The notes beneath the pieces are model-generated. The model searched no databases. It saw only the letters and a list, made by a program, of their open reading frames with translations, and was not told the DNA's origin. Shown here in pieces: positions 18,512 through 22,827 of a DNA stretch of 22,827 bases (the first letter of the stretch is position 1; each line of letters begins with the position of its first letter). The stretch is from assembly GCA_019057475.1 (NCBI GenBank), contig DXJO01000031.1, positions 1-22,827 of the forward strand. The letters are read 5' to 3'. This DNA is from Candidatus Thorarchaeota archaeon. Its GTDB lineage: Archaea; Asgardarchaeota; Thorarchaeia; Thorarchaeales; Thorarchaeaceae. The position numbers and the translations under genes were made by a program.

Positions 18512-18910
18512 TCATCTCTTGCACCAGTCTGGAAGACGGTAAGAGATGGTTGACTGTGACACTCCAAGCCTTCGAGCCAGTTCTGCTTGACCCATCCTCT
18601 TGTTTTCTTTAGGTCCGTCTTTAGCACCTACCTCTATTAACGTTAATAGAGCTTGATGACTCTTTGCCCACATCTTCTTAATCTGTGGAACTGTGTAGGT
18701 CTGCTTGGGGTCGTTGATGGAGGCAACACCTGTGGCGTATGCCCAGACCTTTTCCATTGAGGTGAGTTCTTTGTGGGTATCATCAAGAAGTTGTCTTTCT
18801 AGACGGTCTTGGGAAGTGAGGGCTTTGACCCTTCGCACAGGCACAGTTTTTAGGCCTGCCTTCTTTGCGGCACGTACTCGGCACTCACCTAGAATGATGG
18901 TGTTGTCTTG
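18512..18910 (-). pseudogene. ParB/Spo0J-like protein fragment (second half of the ParB N-domain plus HTH), 5' truncated
   Basis: The frame extends upstream of the listed ORF as QDNTIILGECRVRAAKKAGLKTVPVRRV, which resembles the ParB IIxGERRxRAAxxAGL..VP box. There is no ATG before the in-frame TAA at 18953-55. Ends just after the HTH GQAELARRLGVSQSTISYRL. Confidence 0.78.
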
Positions 18911-18978
18911 GCTTTTCGATGTAATTAGAAAAACAGATATAGAACTTGTGGATTAACATCAAGCTCGGTGATAGGTCA

Positions 18979-19677
18979 GTGCCATCTCTCGAAGAGGTCA
19001 TGAAGGAATTAGGCAAGCAACTTGACAAGAAACTGCAGGATTTAAAAATCGACTACCTTCTCAGAATTCTCCTAATCTTGGCCTCCAAAATGGACAAGAG
19101 GTCTCTCACTAAGCTAATATCTGATGATGCCTATTTCCCTTTGGCAAGGATTGTGACATTGCTGGAAAAGCAAGACCTAGATGGAAAAGAGATTTTATTC
19201 GAGATTCTGGATGAGCCTGCCGCAGAAATAGACCTACGCAAACCTGTGGATGCCTGGCTCACGCAAGAACATGGAATGCAAAAGACAGCTTACGAAGTAC
19301 CGCTACCTGTCGCTGGTCGAAGTCGTGCAATTGATGTCTGTGGTTACAAGTCCGGCAGATTAGGAGAGGTGAAAGTCATAGCAGTTGAACTCAAAATCGA
19401 CCCCCAACGTGGTTCTATTGACAAAGCCTTCGGTCAAGCACTCGATAACGCCAAGGGTGCTAATGAGTCATACGTAGTTTTCTCACCCTATGTGTATCTC
19501 AAGCAGGCAGAGGCAATCATGAAAAAGAACAAAGACCACAAAGAAGTTGGTGTACTGATAGTAAACAAGAGGGGAGTCACCATTCCTGTTTCGAAACCAT
19601 CAGAATGGAGTTTGAAGGACTACCACGACACAGATGTCCTCAACGCAGTGAAAGAGTGGATGAAACAATCAAAGTGA
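18979..19677 (+). CDS. PD-(D/E)XK superfamily nuclease with helical N-terminal domain
   Basis: E.DL..V.AWL...YEV...RAIDVCG...IAVELK...KAFGQAL...NESYVV. GTG 18979 follows GGTGAT. Confidence 0.75.
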   Translation: MPSLEEVMKELGKQLDKKLQDLKIDYLLRILLILASKMDKRSLTKLISDDAYFPLARIVTLLEKQDLDGKEILFEILDEPAAEIDLRKPVDAWLTQEHGMQKTAYEVPLPVAGRSRAIDVCGYKSGRLGEVKVIAVELKIDPQRGSIDKAFGQALDNAKGANESYVVFSPYVYLKQAEAIMKKNKDHKEVGVLIVNKRGVTIPVSKPSEWSLKDYHDTDVLNAVKEWMKQSK

Positions 19678-19702
19678 CAAAGACCTAGAATGAAGGAAGT
19701 CA

Positions 19703-20140
19703 CTAAAGAGTACAACCACCACCTGCCATCGGGTCTAGAATTGTTTCTCCCTGCTTGGTGAAGTAGTACAGATAATGAAGGGCAATCTGACCAGGAATGT
19801 TCATTTCGTGATGAATACCAAGACGGTCGTCTAAGTCTTGGAAGTTCCAGACGTTGAAGAGATATGGTGGCTGGCCTAGGAAAGACTCTATGCGTTCGTC
19901 GTCTGACTTGCCTTCCTGCAGTATTGCCCACGTCACAGGAATGTCTAGACCATGGAATTGTGCAACATCGGAGATGGACTTACCAGATTCGTAGTCATTG
20001 TCAATTTTATCAAAATTGATATTTTTGACAATTTCAGTGATTGCAGTCCTACCTAATTCTACCTTATCAGCAATCTCCTGCTGAGTCCAATTCGGCCTGT
20101 GCGTGGACTTCTCCAGCGTCGAACTGAAATCTTTGGGCAT
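19703..20140 (-). pseudogene. HTH plus N4/N6 DNA methyltransferase-like fragment, 3' truncated
   Basis: HTH WTQQEIADKVELGRTAITEIV, then NVWNF...IPGQIALHYLYYFTKQGETILDPMAGGG (SAM-binding motif I). A stop follows 3 codons later and there is no DPPY/SPPY catalytic motif. GGAGG precedes the start. Confidence 0.75.
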
Positions 20141-20193
20141 GTTCGTGTCCTCCAGCTACACCTATTTGGTGTTTTTCAGGCATCGAAATCACA

Positions 20194-20288
20194 CAGGATT
20201 CAGGCAAGAGCTGTCTAGGCGGTGGTATCAAGATCGCCCACCACATCGTCGCCGAGTTCACGGCCCGTGGACTCTTGTTTCCTGCCTT
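20194..20288. repeat. Structured intergenic repeat, copy A (95 bp)
   Basis: Arms CAGGATTCAGGCAAGAGCT (20194-212) and CTCTTGTTTCCTGCCTT (20272-288) are mutually complementary with a bulge and enclose two hairpins. Confidence 0.85.
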
Positions 20289-20506
20289 CATTCATCCTTT
20301 GGCTTCTGTTCTTGTATGAAGATTCGTCGGAACGGTCTACCCACAAATCTCAACCTAACATCATCACCACTTTCTGCTCTCTTTAGGATTTCAGTTGCTA
20401 GGGCCAAAGAGTTCTCATTGGTTAGAGAGAATCTCATCGACTCCTTAGTCTCTGTGAAGTCGTAGATTTTTATAGACGGCCACTTCTCACTTCTCTTTTT
20501 TTGCAT
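20288..20506 (-). CDS. Hypothetical protein (72 aa) lying between the two structured repeats
   Basis: Strong GGAGGTG 8 nt before ATG. Globular-looking sequence. Stop overlaps the end of repeat A. Confidence 0.7.
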   Translation of the reverse strand: MQKKRSEKWPSIKIYDFTETKESMRFSLTNENSLALATEILKRAESGDDVRLRFVGRPFRRIFIQEQKPKDE

Positions 20507-20541
20507 GAATTATCCACCTCCGTTAAGTTGTTGGTTGTCAT

Positions 20542-20629
20542 CAGGATTCAAGCAAGAGCTATGACGGGGTGAAAAGAAACCGAAAACCCCATCGCATTGT
20601 CGCCAATGCGACCTCTTGTTTCCTGCCTT
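20542..20629. repeat. Structured intergenic repeat, copy B (88 bp)
   Basis: Arms CAGGATTCAAGCAAGAGCT (20542-560; 18/19 identical to copy A) and CTCTTGTTTCCTGCCTT (20613-629; 17/17). The interior sequence differs from copy A but again forms two hairpins. Confidence 0.85.
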
Positions 20630-20643
20630 GCAATGCGAATGAA

Positions 20644-20808
20644 TCACTCTTGCCTTCCGCGTTCGACAATACACTTGAAGCATAGCCAATATGGTCTCCA
20701 GACATTCATAATGAGAACCAAGGGTCTATCCACACCCGAAGCACCACACTCTTTACACTTGCCCTTTGCTTTATCCAAGAATCCTTTTGCCTTGTCTAAG
20801 AATCCCAT
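20644..20808 (-). CDS. 54-aa C4 zinc-finger microprotein (not in the ORF track)
   Basis: Translated by hand: MGFLDKAKGFLDKAKGKCKECGASGVDRPLVLIMNVWRPYWLCFKCIVERGRQE*. ATG directly follows the upstream TGA and a GGTGA motif. Confidence 0.75.
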   Translation of the reverse strand: MGFLDKAKGFLDKAKGKCKECGASGVDRPLVLIMNVWRPYWLCFKCIVERGRQE

Positions 20809-21063
20809 TCAATCACCGTCCTCATCCTTTGGCTTCGCACCTTCTATCACCAGAGGAATACCGATAATCAGCATCCCCGCTCCGAGAGGGAGTAGCATCA
20901 TAGGAATTGGTGGTTGTAGACTCCCTATCCAGTCCATGAGGTAATTGAAGGGGGCAATTATATTTTGATGTATAGCATACGAAATCTGTCCAATGGACAT
21001 AAAGGCCCCACCAACACTGTGAGTATCACTCCTATGGTCAACTTCAATGGGTCTCTCATTCAA
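20809..21063 (-). CDS. Small membrane protein (true start may be 21000)
   Basis: Hydrophobic MMLLPLGAGMLIIGIPLVI. TTG 21063 follows GGAGG. Stop abuts the next start. Confidence 0.55.
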   Translation of the reverse strand: MNERPIEVDHRSDTHSVGGAFMSIGQISYAIHQNIIAPFNYLMDWIGSLQPPIPMMLLPLGAGMLIIGIPLVIEGAKPKDEDGD

Positions 21064-21110
21064 TCACATCCTCCTGTCTGACTTGTCTGCCTTAAACTCT
21101 TCGACTTCAT

Positions 21111-21515
21111 TCATGGCAACACGTCCCAACGGTCTTCCCAGTCCTTGATATTAGGCACATGGAAGCCTGCCTGTTTGTAGTCCGGTTCGTTCCAAGAGAA
21201 CCATCGCTTGTTGACCTCATCACCACGGGCAATAAAGACGCGGAACCCTCTGCCCTTCTCTGGAAGGATGACAAAGAACCAAAAGGTGTTCTCATCGCTC
21301 GGTGGCTCTCTGACGTACCAGCCATTCTTGTCTTGAGACGATGTCTTAACCTCTCCAACAAAGGGAGCGGCGTCGGCCTTTCTTGCCATGAAGTCATTGG
21401 TCATGACGTTGCCTTTCGTCTCCTGTGTATCATATCCTCGAACTGACAGTTCACTGAGAACATGGTGCAGTCCTGCATATTCGACCTGTCGCGTCGATAG
21501 TTTCTTTTCTGTCAT
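21111..21515 (-). CDS. Small PD-(D/E)XK nuclease-like protein
   Basis: AGLHHVLSELSVRGY...GN...DFMA...GEVKTS...W...FWFFVIL...RWDVL. Start taken at MTEKK after GAAGTGA; 21551 is an alternative. Confidence 0.7.
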   Translation of the reverse strand: MTEKKLSTRQVEYAGLHHVLSELSVRGYDTQETKGNVMTNDFMARKADAAPFVGEVKTSSQDKNGWYVREPPSDENTFWFFVILPEKGRGFRVFIARGDEVNKRWFSWNEPDYKQAGFHVPNIKDWEDRWDVLP

Positions 21516-21846
21516 TGTTTCAATCACTTCCCTAGTCGTGCTTCCTATCAAGAGTATTCAACATGTCAGACAACTTTAGGTGTTCTCTCATATACGATTC
21601 TTGCCACCTGATTCGACCGTGCCCCAATGCATAAAATGGCTGTACTAAATGGTTACTTGGTAGATATTAGCGAACGGTTCCACAGGGGCAAATATCCTAG
21701 CCCTCTTGGTGAATTACCCAACTAGATCCAATCCCCTAGAAAAAGAGTATATGTATATACGAACTCAACCAGCTCTGTGGAAGTTTTGATATATTTATAA
21801 AGATTCAACCAACCCCACCCCTCCAAAACCTTCGCTAGTTCAGGTC

Positions 21847-22011
21847 CTAGTCCTCCTCCTCATCGTCCTCCGCTTCTCTTGATGCTTCATATGCCTCATG
21901 ATCCGGATTCAGCTGGTCAGCACGATTCTCAACAGAGGCGTCATATGCTGGATTATTGGGATTCATCGAATCAGATCTGTCATCGTTCCGCGATCTTCCT
22001 CCTTTTGCCAT
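21847..22011 (-). CDS. 54-aa hydrophilic microprotein with two R(S/A)Dx(M/L)NP repeats and an acidic tail (not in the ORF track)
   Basis: MAKGGRSRNDDRSDSMNPNNPAYDASVENRADQLNPDHEAYEASREAEDDEEED*. AAGGAGGTGA lies just upstream of ATG and TTATAC lies near 22051-56 on the minus strand. Confidence 0.8.
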   Translation of the reverse strand: MAKGGRSRNDDRSDSMNPNNPAYDASVENRADQLNPDHEAYEASREAEDDEEED

Positions 22012-22219
22012 CTTTTCACCTCCTTAGTAGTTGGAATATAGAAAACTTTTGTATAAGTCTTTGTTGATTTTTTTGATTCGCCCAATATCTCCCAGACTAG
22101 ATGAGGTTTTGGATGAATATTCACGCGTAAATTTTTTCGTTGGCTCATATCGTGGTTTGAACCCAAGGGTAACTGGGCTCTAGTGGGTCGGATTCGTGAA
22201 ACCGGTCCTAGGAGGAAGC

Positions 22220-22378
22220 CTACTTCTGCACATAGGAATCCGCCACTCTAAGGGCATACACAAAACACCACAGGAATCCAAGAGGCATCAATAGTGGATG
22301 AACTGCCCAAGCCTCAAGTCCCATTCCGGCACTGATAGCTATGAGCCCACCCAGTGTAGCCAACATCCAGTTAGCCAT
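22220..22378 (-). CDS. Possible 52-aa two-TM membrane microprotein
   Basis: MANWMLATLGGLIAISAGMGLEAWAVHPLLMPLGFLWCFVYALRVADSYVQK has two hydrophobic stretches. No clear RBS. Confidence 0.45.
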   Translation of the reverse strand: MANWMLATLGGLIAISAGMGLEAWAVHPLLMPLGFLWCFVYALRVADSYVQK

Positions 22379-22415
22379 GCTGATTCGTCCGTTGGTGACA
22401 TGACTGGCATGGTCT

Positions 22416-22640
22416 ATGCACTCCCTGCCTAGTTCTTCCAGAACAACACAGCTCCTCAAGAAGAAGAAATTCTCTGAGGTCGAGCTCAAGCTGCGAATGG
22501 ATCACAAGAAGAACTCGCAGATGCTAGAGCAGTATTACGCTGTCCTTGACGAAAAAGACCAAGCTGCGGCTGAGCTCAAGTATCTTGGCAGCCGGCTTGG
22601 AATCAACCAGAGACCATATCGCGGTTCACAGATCACCTGA
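22416..22640 (+). pseudogene. C-terminal fragment of a tyrosine recombinase/integrase
   Basis: SRTTQLL...SEVELKLRMDH..NSQMLEQYYAVL resembles the segment after HxxR (HSRATxL...ExELKxxxG(H/W)...SxM...Y) and includes the catalytic Tyr. The HxxR motif and all upstream domains are absent. Confidence 0.6.
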
Positions 22641-22827
22641 AACGGCACCGTGACACAGGCAGATTCGTCACGACCATGTGGACTGACCTGAAGCCGACCT
22701 ACTACGTTGTGACAATCGAGGAACATGGATAAGCAAAGAGAGAGATACGGAAACCCAGGGAGAGTCGACTAGATTGTTCCTCCGATATGTTTGCACGAAG
22801 TGTGATGACGCAACTGAGGCTGAAGAG

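Larger units (their letters stand above)
18402..22827. mobile_element. Degraded integrated mobile element (provirus/plasmid-like island); right boundary not seen
   Basis: Abrupt change from long housekeeping genes to short ORFs and fragments of ParB, DNA methyltransferase and tyrosine recombinase, plus two PD-(D/E)XK nucleases. No att pair identified. Confidence 0.65.

Noticed and set aside
20067-20291. 74-aa ORF starting MKAGNK
   Set aside because: It runs through structured repeat A and out of frame into the MTase fragment, and copy B does not keep the frame between the arms.
20536-20629. Hammerhead ribozyme (GAAAC and CUGAUGA on the minus strand of repeat B)
   Set aside because: No NUH cleavage triplet after the putative stem III, no stem I, and CUGAUGA is absent from copy A.
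20194-20629. CRISPR array or canonical integron attC
   Set aside because: Only two copies with two alternating arms, no constant repeat-spacer period, no cas genes, and the RYYYAAC/GTTRRRY cores are missing.
13009-21741. 13-bp inverted match between 13009-13021 and 21729-21741 as att sites
   Set aside because: Several 13-mer matches are expected by chance in 22.8 kb, and the interval includes housekeeping genes.
21879-22166. Listed 62-aa (+) and 67-aa (-) ORFs
   Set aside because: They overlap the better-supported 54-aa gene at 21847-22011 and its promoter and RBS.
22802-22827. Box C/D motifs (GTGATGA..CTGA..TGAAGA) at the window end
   Set aside because: The spacer is only 5 nt, the sequence is cut by the window edge, and it reads equally well as an ORF start (MTQLRLK).

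Overview
Archaeal DNA, most likely Asgard (Thorarchaeia-like). The lineage is inferred from gene content and protein style, not from a database search. The window has three parts. (1) 1-9024: two very large, translationally coupled, C-terminally membrane-anchored surface proteins. The first is a Cys/Asn-ladder beta-helix with Ig-like repeats, cut by the window edge. The second is a ~1785-aa mosaic of Ca-binding repeats, a protective-antigen/binary-toxin-B-like module with an amphipathic beta-hairpin, a 7-blade FG-GAP propeller, a LanC-like helical barrel and Ig domains. (2) 9095-18220: housekeeping block with tsr3, a Zn-finger protein, tiaS, rps11-rps4-rps13 (no rpoD), a tRNA-Ser(GGA) carrying two introns, asparaginase, a geranylgeranyl reductase family protein, RNase Z and a wHTH regulator. 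(3) ~18400-22827: decayed integrated mobile element. It starts with a cluster of four palindromes and contains truncated ParB, methyltransferase and tyrosine-integrase fragments, two PD-(D/E)XK nucleases and several micro-ORFs missed by the ORF track. Two copies of a ~90-bp structured intergenic repeat with conserved arms and variable internal hairpins flank one small gene in a cassette-like way.
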